From Minisyncoccota bacterium (GTDB taxonomy: Bacteria; Patescibacteriota; Minisyncoccia; Phycocordibacterales; UBA918): a stretch of DNA of 64,000 nucleotides. Both the position numbers and the translations under genes were made by a program. The notes beneath the pieces were generated by a model. It was given only the letters and a program-made list of their open reading frames with translations, was not told the DNA's origin and ran no database searches. Location: assembly GCA_041389045.1 (NCBI GenBank), contig JAWKSQ010000001.1, positions 267,063 through 331,062 of the forward strand, written 5' to 3'. Shown here in pieces: positions 17,900 to 29,060 of this stretch; positions within the stretch are counted from its first letter, which is position 1, and each line of letters starts with the position of its first letter.

Positions 17900-19255
17900 T
17901 TGGCACGTTATACTATAGAGAACATGAAAGGTAGAGATCTTTTACGTAAGGATGCATCTGAGTTTGAGCGTTCAAGTCTAGAATATATTTTAGAAAAGGA
18001 ACGAAGAAGCCAAGATACCACCCGGTACCTCTCAGTTGAGGAGGCAATTAATGATGATGCGGTTTATGTGGCTAAGTCTAGTCGTGACATTACCAGGGTT
18101 CTTTTTATCTCTCGTGATGAGTCACTGTTAAATCCCACCCAGCAGTCACTTGATGGTTATATCAACATTGCTGATTTGTTTGATGAAGTACATATTTTGA
18201 TTTTGAGGCAGGGTATCCCTACCAAAGCGCCAGTAATTAGGGTGGCTGATAATGTCTGGCTTTATACAGCGACAGACAAGAATTGGTGGGGGACGCCTCT
18301 GGCTGGTAAAAAATTAGCTGAGTCACAGTTGGTGTTTGCAGAAGGTTTTAGACCAGACCTGATTGTGGCTCGTGATGCTTTTGAATCTGCTCTTCTCGCT
18401 ATTATGCTTGGTAAAGAATATGGGCGACCAGTCCAGGTACATGTACTGGAAGATTACACAGCTCCTAACTTTACGATGCATGATAAAGCTAATCGCTGGC
18501 GTCGGTATCTAGCTCGGTACACTATACCGCGAGTTAAAAGTGTTAGAACCACCACTCGTTTAGTGGCAGAAATGTTGAGTAAGAAGTTTAAGATCTTTGA
18601 TCTGGCTTTATTACCTAAATTTAATAATTATGAATCATTAATTAAACAAACATCGACACTTGATTTACGACAAAAGTATCAACCGTTCGTCTTTATCATG
18701 TTGTATATCGGACAGCTAGATTATAAGTCCAAGTTTTACAGAGCAATGGATTCAGCTCGATTTGGTTTGCGTAATCCCCATTTAGGTATGCTGGTTTTAG
18801 GTCATGGTGAGGCTGAACGAGAGTACCGCAAGCGGGCAGAGATTCTAGAAATAAAGAACCAAGTGGTGTTTGAGACTGGTCCGCTAGATACTGTGCCTTA
18901 TCTTAAGTCAGCTAATGTGCTCATTGTGCCAGATACTGATCCAGAAAGTGAAGAAATTGTACTGCAGGGTGCCGCCGCTGGTATTCCGATGATAATGGCG
19001 AGGACGCCGGCGCGTGAAGACGTGTTCATGGACGGTGAGTCAGCTTTTTTATGTGACCCTGAATCAACGGATGAGTTTAGTTTGAAGCTAAATATACTGA
19101 TGAATGATGTTCCGTTACGTAAGCTTATGGCTGAGTCAGCACAAGATATGATTAAGTCTAAGTTTCATGAAGATCCCGAATTATACAAAGCACTCTATCG
19201 AGAGAGTATTGAAGAGGTGCTATTCTTAAATGATAAACCAAAAACAGATAAATAA
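17900..19255 (+). CDS. GT-B (GT4-like) glycosyltransferase (start more likely ATG 17924)
   Basis: C-terminal GT1 motif region ...LIVPDTDPESEEIVLQGAAAGIPMIMARTP...; TATACT 9 nt before ATG 17924. Confidence 0.6.
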   Translation: MARYTIENMKGRDLLRKDASEFERSSLEYILEKERRSQDTTRYLSVEEAINDDAVYVAKSSRDITRVLFISRDESLLNPTQQSLDGYINIADLFDEVHILILRQGIPTKAPVIRVADNVWLYTATDKNWWGTPLAGKKLAESQLVFAEGFRPDLIVARDAFESALLAIMLGKEYGRPVQVHVLEDYTAPNFTMHDKANRWRRYLARYTIPRVKSVRTTTRLVAEMLSKKFKIFDLALLPKFNNYESLIKQTSTLDLRQKYQPFVFIMLYIGQLDYKSKFYRAMDSARFGLRNPHLGMLVLGHGEAEREYRKRAEILEIKNQVVFETGPLDTVPYLKSANVLIVPDTDPESEEIVLQGAAAGIPMIMARTPAREDVFMDGESAFLCDPESTDEFSLKLNILMNDVPLRKLMAESAQDMIKSKFHEDPELYKALYRESIEEVLFLNDKPKTDK

Positions 19256-19258
19256 TAT

Positions 19259-20116
19259 ATGCACGCTAGACACACTTTAGTTTCCTTTTTTGGACTTGGT
19301 TCTGCTACAGCTGCGCCACTTTTGTATACGTACATTAAAGAGCATCCACAAGTTGGGCTGACTGAAGTCGATACTAATTTCTTTAGTGACGCGAAGATTT
19401 TTGCTAAAGGTTTAGACTGGTATGAAAACCATTTTGCTAAGGGTGAGGGCATTAGTCTGTACGGTGAGTTGGCTAGTAATTATCTAGCGAGTACTCAATC
19501 GGCCGGCCTGATTGCTAGAACCTACCCCAATGCTAAATTATTTGCGATCATTGAGAATCCACTAGTAAGTGTACGAGTAGATTATGTCGAGGCTAGAAGA
19601 TCAGGCAAGATTAATGCCAAGACCTCCTTAGCTATGTTCCTGAAACTTCATCCAGAAGTGTTGTTACGGGCGGCATACGGTAGACAACTAGCACATTACT
19701 TTTCCTACTATTCACCAAATGACTTCTTAGTGTTGTTGGCAGCAGATGTGCGGAAGAAGCCGTTAGAGAGTATCAAAGCTGTTTATACACATTTGGAACT
19801 AGAGACCACTTTCGTACCGTCGTCCTTGAGGCACTTAGTTCCAATTGAAATCGATGACACAAAAAAGAAGCCGGGTTTAATCAAACGTTTTGTTCTGTTG
19901 ATTAAAAGAGGGGTAAAGTTTTTCTATACCAAACTAAGGGGAGTGGTAAAACCACCGGAGGTACCAATCGAAACTGCTTCCGTGATAGCTCGGAAAATTC
20001 CTTTGTCCCCAGAGTTAGAAAAGTTCTTAAAAGATTATTATCGTAAGGATGTTAAGCAACTCAATTCACTGTTACATCGAAATGTGGAATCGGAATGGGG
20101 CTTTGATGATGAGTAA
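19259..20116 (+). CDS. sulfotransferase-family-like protein
   Basis: 285 aa; N-terminal loop + EHPQV...NFF...KGLDWYENHF and IENPLVSVRVDY resemble Sulfotransfer domains (from memory), but PAPS-binding residues look substituted. Confidence 0.45.
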   Translation: MHARHTLVSFFGLGSATAAPLLYTYIKEHPQVGLTEVDTNFFSDAKIFAKGLDWYENHFAKGEGISLYGELASNYLASTQSAGLIARTYPNAKLFAIIENPLVSVRVDYVEARRSGKINAKTSLAMFLKLHPEVLLRAAYGRQLAHYFSYYSPNDFLVLLAADVRKKPLESIKAVYTHLELETTFVPSSLRHLVPIEIDDTKKKPGLIKRFVLLIKRGVKFFYTKLRGVVKPPEVPIETASVIARKIPLSPELEKFLKDYYRKDVKQLNSLLHRNVESEWGFDDE

Positions 20117-20142
20117 GATAATCAGTGTTAGAATGACAGTCT

Positions 20143-21091
20143 ATGCCTAAGACAATTCTGGTGACGGGGGGAGCTGGTTATATTGGTTCAGCTTGTGTTG
20201 ATTTACTCCATCAGACTGGACACAAATTGGTGGTTTTAGACAACCTTTCCAGCGGACAACCCGATAAGCTTCCCAAAGAGGTTGATTTTATTTCCGGTGA
20301 TATTACGAATATTCTGGAGATAAAATCCGTTTGTCAGAAATATCAGTTTGATACAGTCATTCACTGTGCCGCTAAAAAGGCGGTGGGGGAGAGTGAATTA
20401 GATCCAAGCCTTTATTTTTATAATAACGTAGTTGGTTCTTTAAATGTGCTGGCCACTATGGAGGAATTTCAGATACCACAAATAATTTTTTCTTCTACCG
20501 CTGCTGTTTATGAACCGTCACCGGAAGGCTTGCCGGTTGAGGAGGATGCTACTTTAAACCCAGTCAATGTGTATGGTCGGACAAAACTAATGGTGGAAGC
20601 GATGATTAAAGATTATGCCCGTCTAGGTAAAATCAAAAGCTACACTATTTTCCGGTATTTCAATGTCGCTGGAGACGCTGGACTAAATTACCAAGAAAGG
20701 AATGCGCAAAACGTTTTTCCGCTCTTAGCTAGAGCGGTTACGACCGAGGGTGAGTTTTTGATTTTTGGTACTGACTTCGACACCCCAGATGGTACAGGGG
20801 TCAGTGATTATATGCACTTACTTGATTTGGTAGAAGCCCACTCACTGGCTCTAGAAAAGGAGATAAACGGTGTTTTTAATCTTGGTACAGGAAAGGGATA
20901 TAGTGTGCGGGAACTGGTAGAGGCTTTCTCAAAAGTGGCTGGAAAAGACATGAATGCGCGAGAGAGTTGCCAGGAGGCCTGGAGACCCAGCGATACTGAC
21001 GGCGGATGCTTCTAAAGCCTCTAGCAAACTTGGCTGGAAGCCGACACATACTTTAGAGGAGATGGTAGAAAGTACTTTAGCTACTTATTAG
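20143..21091 (+). pseudogene. galE: UDP-glucose 4-epimerase, one frameshift near 20957
   Basis: ILVTGGAGYIGS, YGRTK; the C-terminus VARRPGDPAILTADASKASSKLGWKPTHTLEEMVESTLATY* is readable in the +1 frame. Confidence 0.8.
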
Positions 21092-21093
21092 GC

Positions 21094-21888
21094 TTAGTTA
21101 GTAAGCCTTTCCAAGGCAACTTGTATTTTACGTGCTAGGTAGTAAAGGTTAAATTTAATCCAGGCCAACTTGTAGTTGGGATAGATATTTTTAAAAGGTT
21201 TTATAATACTAAGGACGATTAGGGGGATTTGTAGTTTCTTGGTAGCCGTTTCTCTACTACCGTGGACACGGTGGCCAGTTAAGTATTCTGGGATATTTTG
21301 GAGCTCACCTAAAGTTCCTAATTGGAGGAATAAATCCAGTTCTTCCGCATAAGCATAGGGTCGATAACCTTGAGTTTTCTCAACGGCAGTTTTTTGCATC
21401 AAGACACTCGAGTTAGCGAATTGGTTTCGAATGAGAATATTTTTTCGGATCGTCTTATCATTTGCTCCATATTTATTTTTACTAACTTCTGTTCCGTCAG
21501 CGTCAATAATTTTAATATAGGTACCAACGACAGTTAGCTTCGGATTTAGTTCCATTAATTCTACTTGTTTCTGAAGTTTATTAGGGCTCAGCCAAACATC
21601 GTCACTATCCAGAATGGCTAAGTATTTACCTTTGGCTAATTTAAGACTTTCGTTGCGCCGGTAAACAATCCCTCGATTTACCGAATCTTTGACGTACTTA
21701 ATTCGACTATCATTAAATTCTATAACCACTTTCTCTGTGTCGTCGGTTGATCCATCATCCAGAATAATCAGTTCAAAATTAGCATAAGTTTGAGTTAAGA
21801 CACTCCCGATTGCTTGACCTAAATAATTAGCCCGATTGTAGGTGAGTATGATAATACTGACTAGGAGGTTTTGGCCATTACTTGTCAT
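21094..21888 (-). CDS. GT2 glycosyltransferase
   Basis: VSIIILTYNRANYLGQAIGSVLTQTYANFELIILDDGSTDDT, DSDD. Confidence 0.8.
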   Translation of the reverse strand: MTSNGQNLLVSIIILTYNRANYLGQAIGSVLTQTYANFELIILDDGSTDDTEKVVIEFNDSRIKYVKDSVNRGIVYRRNESLKLAKGKYLAILDSDDVWLSPNKLQKQVELMELNPKLTVVGTYIKIIDADGTEVSKNKYGANDKTIRKNILIRNQFANSSVLMQKTAVEKTQGYRPYAYAEELDLFLQLGTLGELQNIPEYLTGHRVHGSRETATKKLQIPLIVLSIIKPFKNIYPNYKLAWIKFNLYYLARKIQVALERLTN

Positions 21889-21951
21889 AGAATACTAGGT
21901 ATTATACTGCATATTTAAAGTGGTGCTAAATTACTTGATTCTTATAAAGCT

Positions 21952-22818
21952 TTATTTTGGGAGTTGTAGCCAGGATTCTGGGATGAGATTTTTGTCATAG
22001 GGCGATAAATTGAACCAAGGGGTAGGTGCTATCACCACTTTATTTGGATTTGGATTGAGCCAGCCACTCCACCAACTAAAGCTACTGTTAGCGATGATAT
22101 TGTGTTGGCACATACTCATTAAGATTAAGTCTTCGGCGTCAGTCATACCGGTACCTTTCACAAATACTGCCTTGTTACCAAGAGGTAGATTTTCTTTTAC
22201 CCAAGGTAAATCATCAGAAAAGACGAAGTAAGTTGGCTCAGGTAGGACTTTTTCTATCTCAGCCATGGCGTTTTTGTAAAAATCTAACGAACAGGGTCCA
22301 AATTCTTTTTCCACCCGGGGATTCTTGATGTAATCTCCACGCCTGACATGCAAAGCCACGGCTGGTGAATTTTTAATTTGCTCTGCAAAGATAGCTCCAG
22401 CTTCACTGAAGGGCTTTGACAGGGTAAATTCCTTGAGCAGAATTTCTTTAATGTCGGTAAAGTATAGTGGTGACTGCCAAAATCCATCGAGAAAAATGTC
22501 GCCGGTTTTTTCTAAAATATCTTTTTCATACACCGTGTGAGTTCTCCGTAAAATATGTAAATTCGACCAACGCAGTCCTTTAGAGATAATCCCGAATGGG
22601 TATTTTAGGGCTCTGACTTCTTCTGGCTCGGCGATATTTTTAATAATGTTAAATTGTTCAAGAGAGAAAGGTCGATATATATCACCTAGTTCATTGGCTC
22701 TTCGCAAGCCGTCGGTATCTAGCTTGAGGAGGTCATTATTTTTTTGAGCCAACTTTCGACCGAGGGCGTATTGGAACATTTGATTACCTAGACCTCCTTT
22801 AAGATTAACTATTATCAT
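21952..22818 (-). CDS. GT11 alpha-1,2-fucosyltransferase
   Basis: MIIVNLKGGLGNQMFQYALGRKLA, HVRRGDY, SFSWWSGWL. Confidence 0.8.
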   Translation of the reverse strand: MIIVNLKGGLGNQMFQYALGRKLAQKNNDLLKLDTDGLRRANELGDIYRPFSLEQFNIIKNIAEPEEVRALKYPFGIISKGLRWSNLHILRRTHTVYEKDILEKTGDIFLDGFWQSPLYFTDIKEILLKEFTLSKPFSEAGAIFAEQIKNSPAVALHVRRGDYIKNPRVEKEFGPCSLDFYKNAMAEIEKVLPEPTYFVFSDDLPWVKENLPLGNKAVFVKGTGMTDAEDLILMSMCQHNIIANSSFSWWSGWLNPNPNKVVIAPTPWFNLSPYDKNLIPESWLQLPK

Positions 22819-23729
22819 AAATATGGCTGATTATCTGTGCTTTCTTCAGGAATAAAAAGAAGGTTATCGTATTGGTAACTATGTTTCAATTGGTGAGGTT
22901 TAACTGTACCATCAACTGCTATCTCATAAGGCAGGTAATTATTCGCCTTAAGTAAGGAGAATGCTTGGTTGCGATTATCTTCCCAGGCGGCTCCGTTGGC
23001 AACTTCAATAATTATTAGAGGGCGCTTTTTGTTCGGATTATATTTTAATAATTGCTCACTACCTTGAAGGACCTCGTATTCAAAACCTTCAGAGTCGATT
23101 TTTATAATTGACGGAGAAATGTTTTTGGTTGCACAATAAGTGTCTAGGGTAATGGCTTCAACTGTTATCTTCTTACCTTTTTTTGACAACGCATCAGCCC
23201 CTGCCATATGACCACTATTATAAGCCCCATAACCCGGTCCGTAGTCAGTAAAACTGATAGTTTTTTTAACTTCAGCCACCGCACGATTTTCTAAAGTTAT
23301 ATTACTAAAATTAGCAGTGTTATGTTTTAACAGTTTAAATGTCCAGGGAGTTGGTTCAAAGCAGTAAATATGTCCAGTCTCTCCGGTTAAGCGCGCCAGT
23401 AAAACAGCATAACTACCAATATGTGATCCAATATCAAGGATAGTTTTGCCTTCAGTAACGTAGCGTATGAAGAAACTCGTTAAGTTAGCTTCACCGTAGC
23501 CATAGTAATAAAAAGTATTGCATTCTGGCAAATAGCCCTTGATACTATCTCCAGTTAGAAGAAGGGAGGTTTTGGGGAACGGTAGTATTCTCGCGATGGC
23601 AGCCAGAAAATAATATTTTAAAGTACGAAAAGGCTCGTGTTTTAATCGCAGGACACGACTTAACGACCGTACTTTTTCGCGGGCGACAATGGTGTCGATA
23701 TATTTTTTCCTAGTGCTATCTGGCATCAT
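22815..23729 (-). CDS. FkbM-family methyltransferase
   Basis: ILDIGSHIGSYAVLLA, FEPTPWTFKLLKHN, IKIDSEGFEYEVLQG; ATGA overlap with downstream gene. Confidence 0.7.
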   Translation of the reverse strand: MMPDSTRKKYIDTIVAREKVRSLSRVLRLKHEPFRTLKYYFLAAIARILPFPKTSLLLTGDSIKGYLPECNTFYYYGYGEANLTSFFIRYVTEGKTILDIGSHIGSYAVLLARLTGETGHIYCFEPTPWTFKLLKHNTANFSNITLENRAVAEVKKTISFTDYGPGYGAYNSGHMAGADALSKKGKKITVEAITLDTYCATKNISPSIIKIDSEGFEYEVLQGSEQLLKYNPNKKRPLIIIEVANGAAWEDNRNQAFSLLKANNYLPYEIAVDGTVKPHQLKHSYQYDNLLFIPEESTDNQPYL

Positions 23730-24921
23730 TATTTTGAATTATGGTTTGGTACAAATCGATATACCTGGTTGTCATAAGTGATAGGTTATAACTGGTACGG
23801 ATTTTTACCGCCGAGGCTTTTGCCAGGTGCTCAATCTCGGCTGGGGTGAGTGACATGATATAGTCTAGGCCAATCTGTAAATCATGAGGGTCTTTATATT
23901 TCGCTATGTACCCGTTCTCTTTATGCACGAGAACTTCCTTTACGCCACCCACATCAAATGAAACAATTGGCAGCCCGCAACTCATGGCTTCTAGTATAAC
24001 AAGTGGGAAGTTTTCCGCGACTGACGTAAATAGTAAGGCGTCGGCGGCACTAAAGTAAAGGGCGGTTTCCTCGGGGGTACTCTTTGGTCTAAACAGGCAG
24101 TTTCCAGCTTGATAACTTAACGAGTCTAGATTTCCTACATTGAGGTAGAGACGATCTTTTTTGTCGATATCATTTTTAATTAACTCTTCAGCGTATGTCC
24201 AGCCTTTCCAAGGATTATCTTTTCCTCCGACCGCCAGAAATAGTATGATTTTTTTGTCTGGTGGGAGGTTTAAGGTTTCGCGAGCCAGAGCTTTAGGAGT
24301 TTTAGTAAATTTGTTGATGTCGATTCCGTTTGGTATCAGATAAGTTGGTTGTTTTCCTAATATCGTCTTTTTAACCCGCTCAGATAACCAGTGAGAGGGA
24401 GTAACGATATGTAGCTTTGATTGACGGTAGATACTGTTTTTGATTTCAGCTAGATGTTTTGTATAGGGCCAGAGGATTTTTGGTTGAATCTCTTTGCTCG
24501 GGCAGGTGTATAAACCATACTTCATATCTTCACCTTGCAATGTACAGGCGCAATGAGGCGTAATTGCCCATTCATCATGTAAAGTCCAGACAACTGGCTT
24601 GAGCTTACTCATTTTTTCTAGAGTGCGAAGATTAAAAAAACGACCATGAAGATTGTGACAATGTACTAAATCTGCCTTTTTAAACTGTTCTGTTTCTATA
24701 ATCCAATCGGTGTTCACAAATGATTCTGTGTTTAAAATATAGTCCAACACTTTTCTCCAGCGTGTCTTAGGAATAACGGTTACTGCCGGATCTTGACTGC
24801 GTTTGTCAGCCACAAAAAATGATACCGAATGCCCGCTTTTTTCAAGCGCTTTTTTTATTTCCCAAGATATTACTGCGGCTCCACCAAGGATATCTGTGGT
24901 ACCTATAAATAAGACATTCAT
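23716..24921 (-). CDS. GT4 (GT-B) glycosyltransferase
   Basis: 401 aa; GGAAVISWEI, C-terminal E..FPLVILEAMSCGLPIVSFDVGG. Confidence 0.75.
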   Translation of the reverse strand: MNVLFIGTTDILGGAAVISWEIKKALEKSGHSVSFFVADKRSQDPAVTVIPKTRWRKVLDYILNTESFVNTDWIIETEQFKKADLVHCHNLHGRFFNLRTLEKMSKLKPVVWTLHDEWAITPHCACTLQGEDMKYGLYTCPSKEIQPKILWPYTKHLAEIKNSIYRQSKLHIVTPSHWLSERVKKTILGKQPTYLIPNGIDINKFTKTPKALARETLNLPPDKKIILFLAVGGKDNPWKGWTYAEELIKNDIDKKDRLYLNVGNLDSLSYQAGNCLFRPKSTPEETALYFSAADALLFTSVAENFPLVILEAMSCGLPIVSFDVGGVKEVLVHKENGYIAKYKDPHDLQIGLDYIMSLTPAEIEHLAKASAVKIRTSYNLSLMTTRYIDLYQTIIQNNDAR

Positions 24922-25831
24922 AAATTTTTTTTAATTATAAAGCTTAAACGGGCGAATAATTTTTCAAAAAAAGTTGGTCTAATAGTTTGGTAGAAATTTT
25001 GAATCGCTTCTTTAACTTCATTTTTTTCATTTAAATTAGATATGGAAATAGAGGGCTTTTTATGACAAATTTTTGTCTCAAAACTCTGGTTTTTATTGGC
25101 ATTAGTTCCACTAGCATCATGGCCAATATTTTGGATTAATGAGCAGTACGGGGTAACCGCTAAGCCGCGATGTAGCACAATAGTAGCGTACCATTTAATG
25201 GCCCAGGTTTTTATATCGCCTCGCGCATTGGCACGGAGAGTACTGGAAAAACGAAATGTCCCGTCAATGTCTAAATAGTCTATAAGTTCTTCTGTTTCCA
25301 GTTTTTTGAGTAGTAAATTTGCATCATTCATAAAATAGTCCCACCGATCTTTCCAAGTCGCCCAACCCCAAGATAGTGCTTGTCGATATACGTAACATTC
25401 TTCAGGTGAAGGCTTAAACTCGGCCGGTAAACAAAAACCATTGATGTGCATGATTTCGGGAACGTCTTTGTAATGATTAAGAGCCTCGTACATAAACTGT
25501 AAAAAATAGGGTGATGTTACCAAATCATCCTCAAGCACTATAACTGAGCCATATTCTTTAGTTAGCCTAGTGACGCCAGACGTGATTGATTCAGCTAGAC
25601 CTTTGTTTTTGCTATGTTCAATTATTTCTACAATGGGTAGAGAGTTATTCGTATGGATAATTTCTCTTACTTTTTTACCCCGAGCTCTGCTTCGTCGTCT
25701 TTAGCGGCATCAGAGAAAATGTAGACAGGAAAGTTGGCTATACCAAAGTTGTTTGCTAAAGCCTGGATGGTTTTTTCGGTGTGGTCAGGGCGATTATAAA
25801 CAAAGAGTGCTACGGGAGGATAATTTTTCAT
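24918..25831 (-). pseudogene. GT-A-fold glycosyltransferase (paralogue of 31045..31995), one frameshift in an A-run near 25675
   Basis: MKNYPPVALFVYNRPDHTEKTIQAL...AELGVKK then VREIIHTNN...VIVLEDDLVTSPYF continues into ORF 24918..25538. Confidence 0.65.
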
Positions 25832-27383
25832 TTTGTGGGTCTAAAAAATAGGAAATTCACACCATCTTCACTAAACTCGATAAAGCCTTGTTCTTGTAGC
25901 TTTCTTCTTACTCGATGAGTATCTTCTGGTGTGAATTCAGACACTGTACCATGGTGAAATTCAACGATAAGTTGAGAGATTTTACCAAGTGTGGTTGGTG
26001 ATACGTTGTTTAGTACGTCGTATTCACTCCCTTCGATATCAATCTTTAATAAATCGATCTTAGGTACTTTTAATAACTCAATAATATCGTCAATAGTTAC
26101 AGATTCTACTTCGTAGGATTGTACATCGGTAGTCTTACTGTTCACGTGGGTGTTGAAGATTGAACCACTTTCGCTGTGTGCGTTCTCAAAAAAGTGTAGT
26201 TTTTCATGTTTACCCCCAGGGCGTATTGGTAGTATGAGAAGTTTGGAACAGTGTCAGCAATTTCGGCCAGATGATGACTGTGTTTTTTGGTTGGGTCGAT
26301 ACCGATACTCTTTACACCAAACTTGTCTATTAAAGCTAAAGAAAAGTCTGCCGTATAGCCAGTTCCGACATCCACCACGATACTGTCTTTGGTAAGTGTG
26401 TCATAAATCCAATAACATGGTGCAACGGCTGTTAAGGCGTGTTCTTTACGCACGTGGCTAAGTTTAAGTTTCCAGGAGGTATTTTCATACTTGGCTTTCA
26501 GTAGACCGATATTGTCTTTTAATTTCCACCAAAAGTAAGGAAGAGTAATTAATTTTAGAGCCAGCTTAGTCACCGAATAAGAGCGAATATTAAAACGAGG
26601 AATGGTAAATTTAGAAGAGGCGCCAGTAGTAAACTTTTGATCGTTAAGATAGGCGAAGTGAAACCCAAACTTCTGAACTGCCGCGATTGAAGCGGAGTTT
26701 ATGTCATAGATACCGCCAAAGGGGTAGGCGAAATAGTTTATAGTTTTTCCGGTAATGCTTTCGAGGATAGTCTTCCCAGTTTTAATATCATAGTCTTGTT
26801 GTGCGGGAGTTTGTGACGAAAGTCGTGGGTGGGTATGGGTGTGAGCACCAATGGTAATTAAAGGGTGATTGCTGAGCGATTTGAGTTGGTCCTCACTAAC
26901 AAAACAAGCTCTGTCTTGCTCAAGATATTGCTTATCCCAAGGGTGGTGAGCTTTTTCACCAAGTTGCGAGGTGGTGACGAAAATCGTAGCGGGTAAGTTG
27001 TGTTTTTCTAAGATAGGCAAAGCCTGACTTAAGTTGTCGACATATCCATCATCAAAGGTAATTGCCAGCTCTCGACCACTGATCAGGCCTTCAGTCAGGC
27101 GGGTATTTAGTTCTGGTAGGGATACAACTTCGTAAAACTTCTGATAGAAGTTTAGGTGTTCCTCAAAAGTTTCTCGGTCAACATTTAAAAATAGTGGATC
27201 AGCAGAGACATTACCGACTCGGTGATAGAGAACGATAACAGCGGTTTTTTTGGTGAGACGAGTTAAAAAATTTACTAAGGTAACTTTTAGCGTATAGATT
27301 AAAAAAAATAAACGGTGAGCGACTGAGTAAAGTTCAATCTTTTTTAAAACCGGTCTAATGTATGTCAGTAGGAAGTTTCGCAT
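25828..27383 (-). pseudogene. polysaccharide deacetylase (NodB) fused to an FkbM methyltransferase, one frameshift in a T-run near 26165
   Basis: ELAITFDDGYVDN, HTHTHP; VVDVGTGYTADFS; after the shift ...IDLLKIDIEGSEYDVL. Confidence 0.65.
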
Positions 27384-28096
27384 TATTTTTTAGCTAAAAC
27401 GGTAATGATCGTCGGGAAATTAGGGTCGTCTTTAGTGAAAACTCCTTTGCTAGTGTCTTCCTGTGCCAATCCAGCAAAAAAGTAAATCCCTGTTCGAGCA
27501 TTACCTTTTGATTCTATCTTTAAATTTTTAGCGTCAAAGACTTTACCAAACAGATATCTAGCAGAGGCAGTGGTAAATCGCCAGAAGTCACCGTCAGTAC
27601 CTGATACACAATCAATGCGACTGATGGCTGGTAGAGTGACTAGCATTGAACCTCCAGGTTTAAGTACACGCTGGCATTCCCTTAGGGCAGCGTCCACATC
27701 GTCAATGAATTGGAAAACCTGTGTCAATACAATGGTGTCATATTGATTATCAGGTACCGTAGACATTTTCCTGAGGTCACAGATAATTGTCGCTGCAGTG
27801 TTTGTATGATCAATATCTAAGATATCACCTTTGGTTACTCGCGCACCACCGTATTTTTTTGTATAGTCATTATTTAACAGCTCAAGGCAATGACCGCGAA
27901 TTAGTTCTTGGTGATTTTCTAAGAATTGTTCAATATAAAAGCGATCAATTGGTTTACCTCTATCTAGACCATACCAGTTACTTAGGGGGGTAGTTTTCCG
28001 GCTAAGAAAATAAATTACCGGAGACTTAACTAGCGTGCGATAAAAATATTTCGCAAGCTTGTGGAGAGGTGGGTATTTTTTAATCAGTGATTTCAT
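27383..28096 (-). CDS. class I SAM-dependent methyltransferase
   Basis: 237 aa; YDTIVLTQVFQFIDD, VLKPGGSMLVTLP. Confidence 0.65.
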   Translation of the reverse strand: MKSLIKKYPPLHKLAKYFYRTLVKSPVIYFLSRKTTPLSNWYGLDRGKPIDRFYIEQFLENHQELIRGHCLELLNNDYTKKYGGARVTKGDILDIDHTNTAATIICDLRKMSTVPDNQYDTIVLTQVFQFIDDVDAALRECQRVLKPGGSMLVTLPAISRIDCVSGTDGDFWRFTTASARYLFGKVFDAKNLKIESKGNARTGIYFFAGLAQEDTSKGVFTKDDPNFPTIITVLAKK

Positions 28097-29057
28097 GTTT
28101 TCTCTGGGCTATTAAGTAGTAGTTATCAGTTAGATAGCTGGTTTCAGCTTGGTAAATATTTTTATATTTTTCAGGTAGGGCTGTTACCTGTTCTGAAAAA
28201 GCAAACGATTCGTTTACCTTCTGATAGGCAATGAACAAGAAATTAGCTTTAAAGTACTCTAGATCTTTTATGAGATTTTGGGTTGCTTTATTTGACTCCG
28301 AGATTGCCCAGGTACTAAAAAAAACATCGGGTCGATAAACTTTAGCCATATTTGTTATGCTGGTCCGGCTAATTGGTACAATGTTTATTTTCCCCGGTAT
28401 TATTCCGGTCGTTTCATCATAAAGTACTGTACTGGCAGTCCCCAAAGTTGTCTTAAGATAAACCAGTTGAATAAATGAAAAGACTGGGATATCAATTATC
28501 GTATAAGTCATTTCTGGGTTAAGTGCTTTGGCTAAACGAGCCATATTTCCATAACCCCCACCTAGCTCACAGGCAGACTTAATTGTGCTTAATGACTGCT
28601 TAGACTCGTGTTCAAACTTTGCTAAGTGATATAGATGGTGAATGGTATTCCCCGAGCTTAAAAATTGCCAATCATTTAAAATGGGCGACCCAACCGAATG
28701 CTCTTTAAGTAAAAGCTTCGCTTTATCGTATCCGAAATGCTCTAGAATCAGCTTTTTCTGAATTCTCTTTGCGGCCGTGGGTAAATGGGCGAACATGGTG
28801 CTTTTAAGAATAGGATTTCTTAAAAATGAAAATGAGAACTTTTTTTCAAAGAATGACTCAATTTCGTCAGTATTTTTCTTCCAGCTCGGCATTAAAAACT
28901 CATTGTAATCAAAAGAAGATTTTCTGGCTTGATACAAACTGAGGGCTGCTCTATATTCTTCTAAAAATGATTTCTGGCTGTCTTGGGTAATGAAAAGGGA
29001 GATTAGGATAGAATAGCTGTGTCTAAAAATTTTTGCGGGAAGTGAAGTTACTGACAT
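28080..29057 (-). CDS. putative sugar O-methyltransferase-like protein
   Basis: 325 aa; CELGGGYGNMARL glycine-rich loop; operon context. Confidence 0.35.
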   Translation of the reverse strand: MSVTSLPAKIFRHSYSILISLFITQDSQKSFLEEYRAALSLYQARKSSFDYNEFLMPSWKKNTDEIESFFEKKFSFSFLRNPILKSTMFAHLPTAAKRIQKKLILEHFGYDKAKLLLKEHSVGSPILNDWQFLSSGNTIHHLYHLAKFEHESKQSLSTIKSACELGGGYGNMARLAKALNPEMTYTIIDIPVFSFIQLVYLKTTLGTASTVLYDETTGIIPGKINIVPISRTSITNMAKVYRPDVFFSTWAISESNKATQNLIKDLEYFKANFLFIAYQKVNESFAFSEQVTALPEKYKNIYQAETSYLTDNYYLIAQRKHEITD

Positions 29058-29060
29058 GTG

